Positions 9,163 through 20,408 of a stretch of 64,000 nt of DNA are shown here, in pieces. The notes under the pieces are model-generated. The model saw nothing but the letters and a program-made list of their open reading frames with translations, did no database searches and was not told the DNA's origin. How positions within the stretch are numbered: position 1 is the stretch's first letter; every line of letters begins with the position of its first letter. The position numbers and the translations under genes are program-made. This stretch comes from Pseudothermotoga sp. (GTDB lineage Bacteria > Thermotogota > Thermotogae > Thermotogales > DSM-5069): the NCBI GenBank assembly GCA_041640575.1, contig JBEPZZ010000004.1:12107-76106 (forward strand), written 5' to 3'.

Positions 9163-11823
9163 GTGAAACTTCTCGATTTGGTCGCTGAATTCTTTGAAAA
9201 CGGTTATGAATCAGGGGCAATGTCCAAGGTGGCTGAGGATATTCGTCAGCTGTGTCAGGCAGAAAGCTGCGACATTTTTTTCTTTGAATATAGAAAAGAG
9301 AACCTTAGACTTGTTGGAACGACACGAGACAAATCTCTGGTTGGAGTTACAAAGTTAGAACCGAAAGATCTTAATGTTGAACAAAACACGTACGTGTTTG
9401 ATCTGAAACATAACAACAAATTCCTTGGAATCGTTGCGTTAACAAAACCAAGAAAACTGGAAGGAATCGAAAAGCTAATCGAAGAACTTTCCTTTTCGCT
9501 TGAATGGTTGCAAAGGTATGTTCAAATCTATGACGATTTTGAACGCTACAAGAACATGAGTTACCTTACCGAACTTTTCTATGATTGTAACGAGCTGCAG
9601 CAACTTAAGGAAGAATTCGTGAAAGGTATTTCGCATGTTTTAAAAGCTGAGGTTGTAATGCTCTTTGAAAAAGTTGATGATCACTATGTGTTTTCTTCTG
9701 GTCACGGTGTTGATAAAAGTCAACTATTATCGGATAGGATATCCTCCACAAATCCACTTTTAGGAAAACTTCAGAAAAATCAGAGTGGTATACTTCAGAT
9801 TAAACCAAAACTTGATTTTGTAAATCTGGAATGCAAATCGTTAATCGCCGTTCCTGTTATTTTGTCGGACCAAGTTTTTGCTGCACTAATTGCCATCAAC
9901 AAAATTCAACCAAAAGGATACAGATCAAATCACAGCTTTGACAAGACGGATTTAGCAATATTGTCTGAGGCAGCACGAAGGTTTTCTCTTGCGTATACAA
10001 GATTGATCTACCATCATGATTTGAAAAAACAAATCGAAACACTCACCAAATACACTAAAGATTATGAAAAACTCATTGAAGAACAAAGAATTTACCTCAA
10101 AAAAATGGATTTGGTTCATGCCATAAGTAATGCTATGCGTTCCAGTTACGATTTGAACAATGTTTACAAGATTCTATTGCTTGGCTTGACTTCTGGTAGA
10201 ACACTTGGGTTTAACAGAGCCATGCTGCTGATAAGAAACAGAAAGATCGACGCCCTCGAAGGAAAGATTTGGTTAGGACCATCGGAAACCGATAATGTTG
10301 AACAAATCTGGAAAGAAGCTGAACGGCGAGCAATGAGTTACGGCGATTTATCTCAATATCTAAGGGAAGAAGCAATGATGCTAGATACAAGCAAAGGACT
10401 AACTGATAAAGTTTCGAACAAAATTTTTTACTATAAGGAACATCCGATCTTTGAAAGAGCAGTTTTAAGAAGAAAGTTGATACACATTACCCCTGAACTT
10501 GCTCACACTTTGAAGGATATGATAAAAGACCTGTTAAGACTCCTGGATGTAGACGAATTTATCGTTGTACCTTTGATAGGAAAATGGGATACAATAGGCG
10601 TTTTGATACTTGACAATAAATTCACCAGAGCACCAGTTTCGCAGACAGATATTGAAATACTAAAACTCATAGCCGACAGTGCAGGACTAGCCATAGAAAA
10701 TGCTATGAATTATGAAGAACTGAGAAAGAAAACGGAAAGTTTAGAGCAACAAAAGAACATGATAGATTATCTTCGCAAATTCAGTGAAAGCATCCTTCAA
10801 AATCTGAGTACAGCCATAGTTGTTTTGGACAAGGCTGGAAAGATAATCGAAGCTAACAAGAAAGTGGAATCTGTCCTTGGACTACCGAGGGAAACCGCTA
10901 TTGGACGCAACTATGATGAGTTTGGAATTGCTTATCAGGATCTCTTTGGCGTAGGAATGAAGGTTTTCGAAACAGGAGAAAGCATTTCGCTTTCAAAGTA
11001 CATGATTGAAACATCCAGTGGGGAGAAGTACTTTGATGTAAAGTATTCGCCACTTTGGGACAGCTCTGGAGAAACTCTGATGGGCGTCATAGTGACACTA
11101 GACGATGTAACTGAACAGTACAGAGCAGAACAGGAAAGAAAGAATAAGGAAAAGCTTATCCTGCTTGGTGAGGTTGCTGCGCGTGTCGCGCATGAATTGA
11201 GAAATCCTATAACCGTCTTGGGAGGATTTCTGAACAGGCTTAAGAAAAACATATCTGATCCTGCTGCGCGCGAAAAATATTTAGAAATACTGAGCAGAGA
11301 AATTGATAGCCTGCAGACCATTGTTAACGAGATACTCGATTTCAGTAAAGCTTCGGTAAAGATAGATCGTATAAAATTTCAGTTAAATGAACTCATCAAT
11401 GAAGTTATAATTCTGATGGCTGAAAAAACGTCTAAAAAAGGAATAGCAATGGAGTTTTATCCTTCGCCAACTCCTGAAATTTTTGCTGATAGAAATAGGA
11501 TAAAAAGAGTGCTGATAAATCTTATACAAAACGCAATTGAGGCCTGTCCAGAAAACGGAAAGATTATCGTAAAAACTGCTTACGAACAGGATAAAATTGT
11601 GACGTCGGTTTTTAACACCGGCGAACCAATAAAGGACGATGTTGCAAGAAAGCTTTTCACTCCATTTTTCACAACGAAAACCTACGGCACAGGACTTGGT
11701 TTACCAATATGCAAGAAGATTATTGAGGATGAGCATGGAGGAAAAATCTGGGTTGAACCCAGGTTGAATGGTACAGAGTTCTTCTTCGAACTGCCAATGG
11801 AAGGAGAGGGTAACAATGGTTAA
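9163..11823 (+). CDS. GAF/PAS sensor histidine kinase
   Basis: VAHELRNP H-box, NLIQNA, PFFTTK, GTGLGL; GAF and PAS segments; GTG 9163 follows AGGAGG. Confidence 0.92.
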   Translation: MKLLDLVAEFFENGYESGAMSKVAEDIRQLCQAESCDIFFFEYRKENLRLVGTTRDKSLVGVTKLEPKDLNVEQNTYVFDLKHNNKFLGIVALTKPRKLEGIEKLIEELSFSLEWLQRYVQIYDDFERYKNMSYLTELFYDCNELQQLKEEFVKGISHVLKAEVVMLFEKVDDHYVFSSGHGVDKSQLLSDRISSTNPLLGKLQKNQSGILQIKPKLDFVNLECKSLIAVPVILSDQVFAALIAINKIQPKGYRSNHSFDKTDLAILSEAARRFSLAYTRLIYHHDLKKQIETLTKYTKDYEKLIEEQRIYLKKMDLVHAISNAMRSSYDLNNVYKILLLGLTSGRTLGFNRAMLLIRNRKIDALEGKIWLGPSETDNVEQIWKEAERRAMSYGDLSQYLREEAMMLDTSKGLTDKVSNKIFYYKEHPIFERAVLRRKLIHITPELAHTLKDMIKDLLRLLDVDEFIVVPLIGKWDTIGVLILDNKFTRAPVSQTDIEILKLIADSAGLAIENAMNYEELRKKTESLEQQKNMIDYLRKFSESILQNLSTAIVVLDKAGKIIEANKKVESVLGLPRETAIGRNYDEFGIAYQDLFGVGMKVFETGESISLSKYMIETSSGEKYFDVKYSPLWDSSGETLMGVIVTLDDVTEQYRAEQERKNKEKLILLGEVAARVAHELRNPITVLGGFLNRLKKNISDPAAREKYLEILSREIDSLQTIVNEILDFSKASVKIDRIKFQLNELINEVIILMAEKTSKKGIAMEFYPSPTPEIFADRNRIKRVLINLIQNAIEACPENGKIIVKTAYEQDKIVTSVFNTGEPIKDDVARKLFTPFFTTKTYGTGLGLPICKKIIEDEHGGKIWVEPRLNGTEFFFELPMEGEGNNG

Positions 11824-12178
11824 GCAAGCTCGTATCCTAGTTGTTGAAGATGAAGAAAACGTCAGATTGCTCATAAGCGAAGAACTTCAAGACTCAGGCT
11901 ACATCGTTGAAACTGCGGCTAATGCGGAAGAAGCCTTGAAAAAGTTAGACAAAAACCGTTTCGACTTAGCAACAATTGATGTCGAGATGCCTGGTATGAA
12001 CGGCATAGAGCTAGCTGGTTTGCTAAGGCAAAAGTTTCCTGGTATAAAAATAGTTTTGTTGACGGCATATAGTCACTACAAGTATGACCTTGCCTCCTGG
12101 GCTGCCGATGCCTATATAGTGAAATCGGCAGATTTGGAGGAACTCAAAAGAACCATAGCTAAACTCATGAGTATGTGA
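11816..12178 (+). CDS. Single-domain response regulator (receiver)
   Basis: VVEDE, IDVEMPGMNG, LTAY, YIVKS; overlaps the kinase stop. Confidence 0.92.
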   Translation: MVKQARILVVEDEENVRLLISEELQDSGYIVETAANAEEALKKLDKNRFDLATIDVEMPGMNGIELAGLLRQKFPGIKIVLLTAYSHYKYDLASWAADAYIVKSADLEELKRTIAKLMSM

Positions 12179-12190
12179 GGAGGTATTAAC

Positions 12191-14923
12191 TTGGAGTACA
12201 AAGACACACTCAACTTACCAAGTACAGATTTTCCTATGCGTGGAAATTTGGTAGAGAAAGAACCGAAAATTTTGGAGAAGTGGCGGAAACTTGGTGTATA
12301 TAACTACATACTTAAGCAAAGGGAGAACCGTCCAGCTTTCATTTTGCACGATGGACCACCGTATGCAAACGGTGCGATACATATAGGCACAGCTATGAAC
12401 AAGATTCTGAAAGATATCGTCGTGAAATACAAAACTTTTCAAGGTTACAGATCTCCATACATCCCAGGATGGGACACACATGGTTTACCAATTGAACACA
12501 AAGTTACTACAGCGCTTGGCGAAAAAGTGAAATCAATGACACCGATAGAGATTAGGAAAGCTTGCGAGGAATTCGCTTTGTCTCAGATTGAGATGCAAAA
12601 AAGGCAGTTTGAGAGACTTGGTGTTATAGGAGATTGGGAAAACTACTATGCCACATTGACTCATGAATACGAATACAAGATTTACGAAGTTTTTGAAAAA
12701 CTTGTCGAGGACGGTTATGTATATAGAACCAAAAAACCTGTCCTGTGGTGTATGCATTGTCAAACCGCATTAGCTCAAGCTGAAATTGAATATTATGATC
12801 ATTCTTCTCCTTCCATCTACGTGAAATTCAAGATGAAGGATTCTAGCGAATACATAATTGTGTGGACCACAACACCTTGGACTTTACCAGGAAACACTGG
12901 CATCGCGGTTCATCCTGAACACAACTACGTCAGGGTAAAAGTTGGGAACGAAGTTTGGATTGTTGCAGAAAAGTTACTAAACAACATGATGAATACCTTA
13001 GAGATAGAAGAATATGAGATTCTGGAAAAATTCAGTGGAAAGCAACTCAATGGTAAGCTCGCTATTCATCCACTTTACGAAAGAATTTCACGCATAATTG
13101 TCGCCGAGTATGTTGATATGGAAACTGGAACTGGTTGTGTGCATATCGCACCTGGCCATGGAGAGGAAGATTATGAATATGGCTATCTGATTCACGGATT
13201 AGATTTACTCTCACCAGTTGATGAAACAGGTCATTTCACAAAAGAAGCAGGCAAGTACGCTGGAATGAACATCATCAAAGCCAATGATGTGATTATAGAA
13301 GATCTGAGAAGGAATGGAGCATTGCTGAAATCCTCTGAGATATCTCATTCCTATCCACATTGCTGGCGGTGCAAGAAACCCGTAATATTCAGAGCAACAG
13401 AACAGTGGTTCATTTCTATCGACAAAAATAGCCTGAGAAAAAAGATTATGGAACAGATTGAAAAGGTCAAATGGGTACCTGAGTGGGGAAAGAATCGAAT
13501 CAGCGCTATGATTGAAGAACGTCCAGATTGGTGTATCTCCCGCCAAAGAGTCTGGGGCGTGCCAATACCAGCTTTCAGGTGTAACGATTGTAGTTATGTT
13601 GCTTTGACGCCGCAAACTATAAGGCATTTTGCAGAAATTGTCAAACACAAAGGAACTAATGCCTGGTTTGAGATGGATGTTAAAGACCTTGTCCCAAATG
13701 ACTTTGTCTGCCCCAACTGTGGATCGAAGAATCTTTCAAAAACGCTTGATACTTTGGATGTCTGGATAGATTCTGGGGCATCTTTCGAAGCCGTTTTGAA
13801 TAATAGACCCGATCTTTCCTTTCCTTCAGACATGTATCTTGAAGGAAGTGATCAACACCGTGGTTGGTTCAATTCATCAATCGTTTTATCTGTCATCAAG
13901 CATGGTATAGCTCCGTACAAAATTGTGTTGACACACGGATTCATAAAGGATGAAGAAGGAAGAAGAATGAGTAAATCTCTGGGTAATATAGTCGATCCCT
14001 TGGAGGTTTGCTCAAAATATGGCGCCGATGTCCTAAGATTGTGGCTCGCGAGCAGTGACTACTTTAACGACATAAGGATCTCTCAAAAAATCATATTGCA
14101 GCAGGTAGAAGTTTACAAAAAGCTGAGAAACACTATCAGATATCTGCTTGCGAACCTGAATGACTTTTCTGAATCACAAAGAGTACCATATGAAAAACTT
14201 TTACCAATTGATAAGTGGGCGCTTGGAAGATTACAGCAAATAATAAAATCTGTAACGGAAGCCTATGAAGACTTCGAATTTTCGCGAGCTTATAACATAT
14301 TGGTGAAATACTGTTCAGTGGAACTGAGCTCCGTATATCTTGATATAATTAAAGATAGGTTATACGTAGAGGGTAAAAATTCATTGAAGAGGAAATCAGC
14401 TCAAGCAGTTCTCTACGATATCCTGCAATCAACTTTAATCATGCTGGCTCCAATTTTGTCCTTTACTTGCGAGGAAGCTTATGAACATTTTAGCGGAAAG
14501 CGGTATCAAACGATCTTTGCCGAAACGTGGCCAAAATATCGTCAGGAATATGTGGATGAGCAACTGCTGGCGGAATTTGATAAACTGTTAGAGGTCAGAG
14601 AAATTGTCCTAAAGAAACTTGAAGAAGCAAGGCAAAGCGGTTTGATTGGTCATTCACTCGATGCGAAAGTTTTAATAAAAACTTCCTCAAGAGAATACTT
14701 TGAAGTGTTAGAAAAATATTCCCGACAACTTGAAGAGTTCCTTATCGTTTCGCAGGTACATTTTGACAAGAACGCAGATGAGTCAATTATTGAAGTCAAG
14801 GTCGATAAAGCTGACGGGCAGAAATGTGAAAGATGCTGGAAATATCATCCACTCACTGGCGTCAATCCAAACTTCCCTGGTGCTTGTCCGCGATGTGTCG
14901 AAGTTCTAAGTTCGGGAGAATGA
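12191..14923 (+). CDS. ileS: Isoleucine--tRNA ligase
   Basis: [19 protein letters not shown]-terminal CERCW..CPRC Zn finger. Confidence 0.97.
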   Translation: MEYKDTLNLPSTDFPMRGNLVEKEPKILEKWRKLGVYNYILKQRENRPAFILHDGPPYANGAIHIGTAMNKILKDIVVKYKTFQGYRSPYIPGWDTHGLPIEHKVTTALGEKVKSMTPIEIRKACEEFALSQIEMQKRQFERLGVIGDWENYYATLTHEYEYKIYEVFEKLVEDGYVYRTKKPVLWCMHCQTALAQAEIEYYDHSSPSIYVKFKMKDSSEYIIVWTTTPWTLPGNTGIAVHPEHNYVRVKVGNEVWIVAEKLLNNMMNTLEIEEYEILEKFSGKQLNGKLAIHPLYERISRIIVAEYVDMETGTGCVHIAPGHGEEDYEYGYLIHGLDLLSPVDETGHFTKEAGKYAGMNIIKANDVIIEDLRRNGALLKSSEISHSYPHCWRCKKPVIFRATEQWFISIDKNSLRKKIMEQIEKVKWVPEWGKNRISAMIEERPDWCISRQRVWGVPIPAFRCNDCSYVALTPQTIRHFAEIVKHKGTNAWFEMDVKDLVPNDFVCPNCGSKNLSKTLDTLDVWIDSGASFEAVLNNRPDLSFPSDMYLEGSDQHRGWFNSSIVLSVIKHGIAPYKIVLTHGFIKDEEGRRMSKSLGNIVDPLEVCSKYGADVLRLWLASSDYFNDIRISQKIILQQVEVYKKLRNTIRYLLANLNDFSESQRVPYEKLLPIDKWALGRLQQIIKSVTEAYEDFEFSRAYNILVKYCSVELSSVYLDIIKDRLYVEGKNSLKRKSAQAVLYDILQSTLIMLAPILSFTCEEAYEHFSGKRYQTIFAETWPKYRQEYVDEQLLAEFDKLLEVREIVLKKLEEARQSGLIGHSLDAKVLIKTSSREYFEVLEKYSRQLEEFLIVSQVHFDKNADESIIEVKVDKADGQKCERCWKYHPLTGVNPNFPGACPRCVEVLSSGE

Positions 14924-14927
14924 TAAT

Positions 14928-15986
14928 ATGATAGACATTTTTGCTCTGATAGCCGATGCCTTTTCGAAGAAGGCATCGGATGTTCATCTTTCAGCTGGGT
15001 GTAACCCAATATATCGAATAAACGGGCTTCTTGAACTGCAGAAGAATTTTCCAGTAATTACTGAAGGAGATCTTTTAGAAAGCATTGAAAGGCTCTTCGA
15101 GAAAATTGATTTCCATGCTTTTGATAACAAGAAGGAAACAGACTTTGCGTTTGATGTCGGTGATGAAATCAGGGTACGTGGAAATTTGTATTTCGAGCGA
15201 AGGAAACCAGCTTTGGCTCTGCGATTGATAACTAGGAAAATCCGTACTTTTGATGAACTGGGCTTGCCACAAATACTTAAAGAACTCACTGAACGTGACT
15301 CAGGTTTAGTATTGGTCGCTGGACCAACGGGAAGTGGCAAATCAACAACTTTGGCCGCGATGATTGACCACATAAATTCCAATTTCCCGTATCACATAAT
15401 CACTATAGAAGATCCGATTGAGTACGTTTTTACAAATAAAAAATCCATTGTGCACCAAAGAGAATTAGGGCAGGATACAAAAAGCTTTTACGATGGTCTG
15501 AAATACGCTCTTAGACAAGACCCAGACGTCATACTCGTTGGAGAAATGAGGGATCTTGAAACGATGGCTTTAGCTTTGACAGCTGCCGAAACGGGACATT
15601 TAGTCTTCAGTACCATTCATACAAACAGTGCCGCATCGGTCCCAGAAAGGGTAATTGATGTTTTCCCTGCTAGTCAGCAAAAGCAAATCGCTTTGCAACT
15701 CGCAAATACCCTGGTTGGTGTCATATATCAAAGGCTTTTGAGACGAGCTGATGGAAAAGGCATGGTACCTGTGCTGGAAATTCTTGTTGGTACTCCTGCG
15801 GTAAAGAACTTGATACGTGAAAACAAACTGCATCAGATAGAATCAATAATGCAGACAAGCGCTAAGCAGGGGATGGTTCTGTTCGATGATGCCTTGTTTA
15901 AGGCTTATGTCAGTGGGCTTATTGACAAAACACAAGTTTACGAATACACTAGAAATCCTGAAGAAATGAGGAGGAAGATAGGATAG
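14928..15986 (+). CDS. pilT: Type IV pilus retraction ATPase PilT family
   Basis: GPTGSGKSTT, TIEDPIE, LRQDPDVILVGEMRD, AVKNLIRE. Confidence 0.9.
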   Translation: MIDIFALIADAFSKKASDVHLSAGCNPIYRINGLLELQKNFPVITEGDLLESIERLFEKIDFHAFDNKKETDFAFDVGDEIRVRGNLYFERRKPALALRLITRKIRTFDELGLPQILKELTERDSGLVLVAGPTGSGKSTTLAAMIDHINSNFPYHIITIEDPIEYVFTNKKSIVHQRELGQDTKSFYDGLKYALRQDPDVILVGEMRDLETMALALTAAETGHLVFSTIHTNSAASVPERVIDVFPASQQKQIALQLANTLVGVIYQRLLRRADGKGMVPVLEILVGTPAVKNLIRENKLHQIESIMQTSAKQGMVLFDDALFKAYVSGLIDKTQVYEYTRNPEEMRRKIG

Positions 15987-15987
15987 A

Positions 15988-17046
15988 ATGATCGAAGTTG
16001 TTGAAACCGTTGTATCGGAATTGAGAGAAAAGCTTGGGAAAATAGAAACTCAACTGAGTGACCCAAATCTCACAGCTGACCAAATAAGAGAGCTTTCTGT
16101 GGAATACTCAAGGATAAGAGAAATCCTTCAAACTTACGAGGAACTTAAAAACTGTGAAGAGGAAATTGAATTTTGGGAGCAAGCGATAAATGAAGATCCC
16201 ACGCTCGAAGAAGAAGTAAATAAAGCAAAAATGCGCTATGAAAAAACTCTTTCACAGCTTATATCCTTGCTGTTGCCTACAGAGGACCATACCAATGTGA
16301 TAATGGAGATTCGCGCTGGAACCGGTGGCGAAGAAGCGGCTCTCTTTGCGGCTGATCTATTTAGAATGTATAGCCGATATGCTGAACGAAAAGGTTGGAA
16401 GGTTGAACTTCTTGATTTTCACGACACAGGCCTAGGTGGGTTCAAGGAAATTGTATTTTCTATAACTGGTCAATCAGCATATAAAATCCTACGTCTTGAA
16501 AGTGGTGTTCACAGAGTTCAAAGGGTTCCTGTGACCGAATCTTCAGGAAGGATACACACCTCAACAGCAACAGTAGCTGTCCTTCCGGAGGTCAGTGAAG
16601 TAGAAGTGGTCATAGATCCTAAGGATATCAAAATGGAAACTTGCAAAGCATCTGGTCACGGTGGTCAGTATGTTAACAAAACCGAATCTGCAGTCAGAAT
16701 AACTCACATTCCAACGGGAATAACTGTGGCTTGCCAGTCAGAAAGATCACAGCATCAAAACCGAGAGCGAGCTTTAGCAATCCTTCGTTCAAAACTGTAC
16801 GAGATTAAGCTACTAGAAGTAAGCAGTGAAATTTCTCAACAAAGAAAGAATCAGATTGGAACCGCCGAGAGAAGTGAAAAGATTAGAACATACAACTTCC
16901 CACAAAATCGAGTTACGGATCACAGAATTAATTACACAACTTACCGACTCCAAGAAGTACTAGACGGTGATCTGGACGAACTTATAACCAAACTGCTGGA
17001 AAACGAACTTGTCCAGCAAATGAAGCACAAGATCAAATCAGCTTAA
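15988..17046 (+). CDS. prfA: Peptide chain release factor 1
   Basis: GVHRVQRVPVT (PxT motif), GGQ, IRTYNFPQNRVTDHRI. Confidence 0.96.
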   Translation: MIEVVETVVSELREKLGKIETQLSDPNLTADQIRELSVEYSRIREILQTYEELKNCEEEIEFWEQAINEDPTLEEEVNKAKMRYEKTLSQLISLLLPTEDHTNVIMEIRAGTGGEEAALFAADLFRMYSRYAERKGWKVELLDFHDTGLGGFKEIVFSITGQSAYKILRLESGVHRVQRVPVTESSGRIHTSTATVAVLPEVSEVEVVIDPKDIKMETCKASGHGGQYVNKTESAVRITHIPTGITVACQSERSQHQNRERALAILRSKLYEIKLLEVSSEISQQRKNQIGTAERSEKIRTYNFPQNRVTDHRINYTTYRLQEVLDGDLDELITKLLENELVQQMKHKIKSA

Positions 17047-17309
17047 CGGCTATAAGTTTGTTTCGCAAGATTCTGATAAATCATGTTTACCAGCGGTTTG
17101 AGGTTTTCTCTAGCAGCCACTTTTGAATACTCGTAAAAGAGCATTTCCTTGAACCATTTTTCGCCAGAACTTTCCGGCAGAAGGTTGGACTTTGGAATGG
17201 AATGGTACATTTTTTTGAAAACATCATAGAAAATCGTCCCGACAAATTCAGTGCAAGCATCCCAAAGTCTGTCGTTACTTGATCTCAGGCTCGTAATTGA
17301 ATAAAGCAT
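17043..17309 (-). CDS. flgJ: FlgJ-like rod-binding protein (no muramidase domain)
   Basis: LWDACTEF..FKKMY..EKWFKEML pattern; follows flgI. Confidence 0.75.
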   Translation of the reverse strand: MLYSITSLRSSNDRLWDACTEFVGTIFYDVFKKMYHSIPKSNLLPESSGEKWFKEMLFYEYSKVAARENLKPLVNMIYQNLAKQTYSR

Positions 17310-17310
17310 C

Positions 17311-18306
17311 TCACATCACCACCAGATCAGCCAACAATACCCCTGCTTTATGCATGGTCTGTAGAATCGCAACTATATCCTGAGGAGATGCACCCAAACT
17401 TTTCAAAGCGTTTATCAAATTACCAACAGTTGCTTCAGCTTCTTTGTCGGACAAAACTTTCCCATTTTTGACTGTTATGTTGAAAACACCATAGGAGAGC
17501 GTGAAATCCAAAATTTTGACATTTCCACCAAAGACAACGGTACCGGTTCGTTCGTTAACAACAACCCTCGCGGGTAGATCAACCATTACCTCGATTTCCT
17601 CTAAAAGAGAAAGAAAAGTGACAACATCATCTTCAAACGCTGATGGAATTTCAACTCTTACACTTGCTCCGTCGACTGCTTTTGAAATCCTCCTTGCAAA
17701 AGTTCTGTTGATAGCTTCTGCAACTCTTGCAGCAGTCGTAAAATCTGGCCTTGATATCAGTATTGTCACAGTATTTGATTCAACAAATTCGAATGGGATT
17801 TCTCTCTCAATTATTGCACCATTTGGTATGTAACCAACTATTCTGTTCTTCGTTTGCAAGTTTGCAGAAACCTTTACATTTGTACCACCTATGCTTACGT
17901 TTCCTTGAGCCACCGCGTAAACATTTCCATCAGCCCCATAAAGTGGAGTTTGAATAAGCACACCACCTTCTAGTGATTTAGCATCTCCAATTGAAGCAAC
18001 AACTACATCAAGCCTCATTCCTTCCTTGTAAAAAGGAGGAATGTCTGCTACAACCATGACTATTGCTGCATTTCTTGCCTTAAGATCGTTTTGACTGATC
18101 GTAACGTTGAAAGCTTTTATCATGTTGGCTAGAAGTCCAGAATTTACGTTTCCAGAATCACCTGTACCGTTCAAACCTACAACTAAACCTATACCAAACA
18201 GCTGGTTATCCCTGGCTCCCCTAAAGGTGGCTATATCTTTTATTCGAGTCGTGCAAAGTGAAAATGTGGAGAGCAAAACCAAAAAAAACACAAGGTACTT
18301 TTTCAT
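17311..18306 (-). CDS. flgI: Flagellar P-ring protein
   Basis: RIKDIA..GARDNQLFGIGLVVGLNGTGD, RVVVNERTGTVV. Confidence 0.95.
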   Translation of the reverse strand: MKKYLVFFLVLLSTFSLCTTRIKDIATFRGARDNQLFGIGLVVGLNGTGDSGNVNSGLLANMIKAFNVTISQNDLKARNAAIVMVVADIPPFYKEGMRLDVVVASIGDAKSLEGGVLIQTPLYGADGNVYAVAQGNVSIGGTNVKVSANLQTKNRIVGYIPNGAIIEREIPFEFVESNTVTILISRPDFTTAARVAEAINRTFARRISKAVDGASVRVEIPSAFEDDVVTFLSLLEEIEVMVDLPARVVVNERTGTVVFGGNVKILDFTLSYGVFNITVKNGKVLSDKEAEATVGNLINALKSLGASPQDIVAILQTMHKAGVLLADLVVM

Positions 18307-18316
18307 AACCGTCACC

Positions 18317-18910
18317 TCACAAGAAGAACCTTGCCAAAGCTGAAAGTATGTAGTCCAACCATGACTCTTCACCAGGTCTCTGACTGAATACAAGCTGTCC
18401 ATTTATCCATATTTGGCTGTTCGCAAGTTTTGAAGATTCTATCATGTTTCTCCCATCTATATCTTCATACCTAGCTATTCCTCGAATAATAATTTCACTT
18501 AGTTGATCTCCTATTTTTATCTTTTTACTTCCTTCAAGAGTCAATTTGTTACCATCAACCGACACAACGACAGTAGAAACAGTGAAACTCACATTACTAC
18601 TAATCTTTGCGGAACGTTGTTGAGCTGTATTGTTGTTAATGGGTATGAATTGGGAAAAGTCGAACTGTGTAATACCTTTAATTGTACCTGTGACAAAATT
18701 TACCAATGCTTTTGCTAAAGAATCATATTCGCTCGAAGAGCTCATGTTTGGTGCTTCTCTCACAACAACTGTAACTATATCTCCAACTTTGCTTGCCTTC
18801 TTATCAGCAAGTATATTCTTAAACGAACTGTTTGCCGAACTGTTCCAAAGCGACGTAGCATTTACTAAACAAGTTAAAAGTACCATCAATATGATTAAAG
18901 ATCTCTTCAT
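18317..18910 (-). CDS. flgH: Flagellar L-ring protein
   Basis: ADKKASKVGDIVTVVVRE, GIARYEDIDGRNMIESSKLAN. Confidence 0.9.
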   Translation of the reverse strand: MKRSLIILMVLLTCLVNATSLWNSSANSSFKNILADKKASKVGDIVTVVVREAPNMSSSSEYDSLAKALVNFVTGTIKGITQFDFSQFIPINNNTAQQRSAKISSNVSFTVSTVVVSVDGNKLTLEGSKKIKIGDQLSEIIIRGIARYEDIDGRNMIESSKLANSQIWINGQLVFSQRPGEESWLDYILSALARFFL

Positions 18911-18914
18911 TTTC

Positions 18915-19589
18915 TCAACTCCCTGAAACATAAATCTTATAATCACGACCAAGTATTCCTTGAATTAGAAATCCTGTTGACAAATTTCGAGCCTTTACGA
19001 CCTCTCCGAAGCGCGCATCTTGCATAACTCTTACCATTGCTGTTACAACAACTCCACCTATTTCTGCAACCGCCATCAAAACTTCTCCAGCTTTTACATC
19101 GGGCGGATATTGAACGTAAAAAAGATCTATTGGTTCATCTTCCCGAAACATCTTTTTGCTTATTTTGCCGACAATTTCATCGATATTTTCCACGAATTTT
19201 CCTTTCTTCCCGAAGACGTTCATTTCTACAATTTTCAGATCCTCTGGTCGAATGATCTGTCCGCTTTTTATTATTCTCTTCGCAACGACCACTTTCCTGT
19301 AGACAGCTACTTTTGCAAGAATTTGACCATATCTTAAAAAAGATCCATCTTTTGAAAGTCTCACAAGAAATCTTACATTATCCGAAGATACAAAATGAGA
19401 AAGTATATCGAAGCTATCGGCATTTTCAAAACTGAATTTGATTTCAAATGAGGTTATTGTGATGGAATCTCCATGATGAGAAACCAGGTAATTTTGAACG
19501 GCTTCCTTGAGTGCAGTTTCAAAATCAAAAGCAAAAATTACTGTAGAAATAATAAAAATGAGAAGGACGAACAAAGTCGACCTTCTCAT
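18915..19589 (-). CDS. flgA: Flagellar P-ring formation chaperone
   Basis: VVVAKRIIKSGQII SAF domain, GEVVKARNLSTG; operon position. Confidence 0.88.
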   Translation of the reverse strand: MRRSTLFVLLIFIISTVIFAFDFETALKEAVQNYLVSHHGDSITITSFEIKFSFENADSFDILSHFVSSDNVRFLVRLSKDGSFLRYGQILAKVAVYRKVVVAKRIIKSGQIIRPEDLKIVEMNVFGKKGKFVENIDEIVGKISKKMFREDEPIDLFYVQYPPDVKAGEVLMAVAEIGGVVVTAMVRVMQDARFGEVVKARNLSTGFLIQGILGRDYKIYVSGS

Positions 19590-19609
19590 CACCAATCACC
19601 CGTCAAAAA

Positions 19610-20395
19610 TTATCTCTTCAACGTGCTTACGGTTCCGAGCATGTTGTCTGCTGTTTGAATCGTCCTAGCATTCAGTTCGTAAGCACGCTGCGCAATTATC
19701 ATATCCACCATTTCTTTCACAACATCGACGTTTGATTTTTCAAGATATCCTTGCTGAATGGCTCCAAAACCCTCTTGGTTTGGTATGCCCTCTATCGGTG
19801 CACCTGATGCTGATGTCTCTACAAACAAGTTATCACCTATGGATTTCAAACCAGCTGGATTGACAAAGCGAACTAAAGTTATAGTTCCAAGGTTCTGTAC
19901 CGTTCCATCTTGCATCTCAGCCGAAAAAATACCATCAGGCGAAATATTTATAGCAACAGCATCTGAAGGAACAACTATGTTTGGAATCAAGGCAAGGCCA
20001 TTCGCGGTTACAATTCTTCCTTCACTGTCCATCTTGAAAGTTCCATCTCTGGTGTACGCAGTTCTGCCATCTTGAAGTTGTATCTGGAAAAATCCATCCC
20101 CCATTATTGCAAGATCAAGCGCATTACCCGTGTGTTCGATGTTTCCAATAGTGAAGATTCTATTAGTTGCACTGAGTCGAGTCCCATGCCCCACGTATAT
20201 TCCTGTTGGTATTGTCGAATTCACAGCCGTCGGAGCCCCTGCATTCTTGTAATACTGGTAAATCAGATCTTGGAATTCTGCTCTGACCTTTTTATAACCT
20301 GTTGTATCAACGTTGGCCAAATTGTTTGAAACAACATCCAATTTGTACTGCTGTGCCCACATTCCAGTTGCCGCTGAATAAAGCGAGATCATCAT
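19610..20395 (-). CDS. flgG: Flagellar distal rod protein
   Basis: SNNLANVDTTGYKK, FQDLIYQ, YTRDG, LEKSNVDVVKEMV..QRAYE. Confidence 0.95.
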   Translation of the reverse strand: MMISLYSAATGMWAQQYKLDVVSNNLANVDTTGYKKVRAEFQDLIYQYYKNAGAPTAVNSTIPTGIYVGHGTRLSATNRIFTIGNIEHTGNALDLAIMGDGFFQIQLQDGRTAYTRDGTFKMDSEGRIVTANGLALIPNIVVPSDAVAINISPDGIFSAEMQDGTVQNLGTITLVRFVNPAGLKSIGDNLFVETSASGAPIEGIPNQEGFGAIQQGYLEKSNVDVVKEMVDMIIAQRAYELNARTIQTADNMLGTVSTLKR

Positions 20396-20408
20396 CTCAA
20401 ATCGCCTC

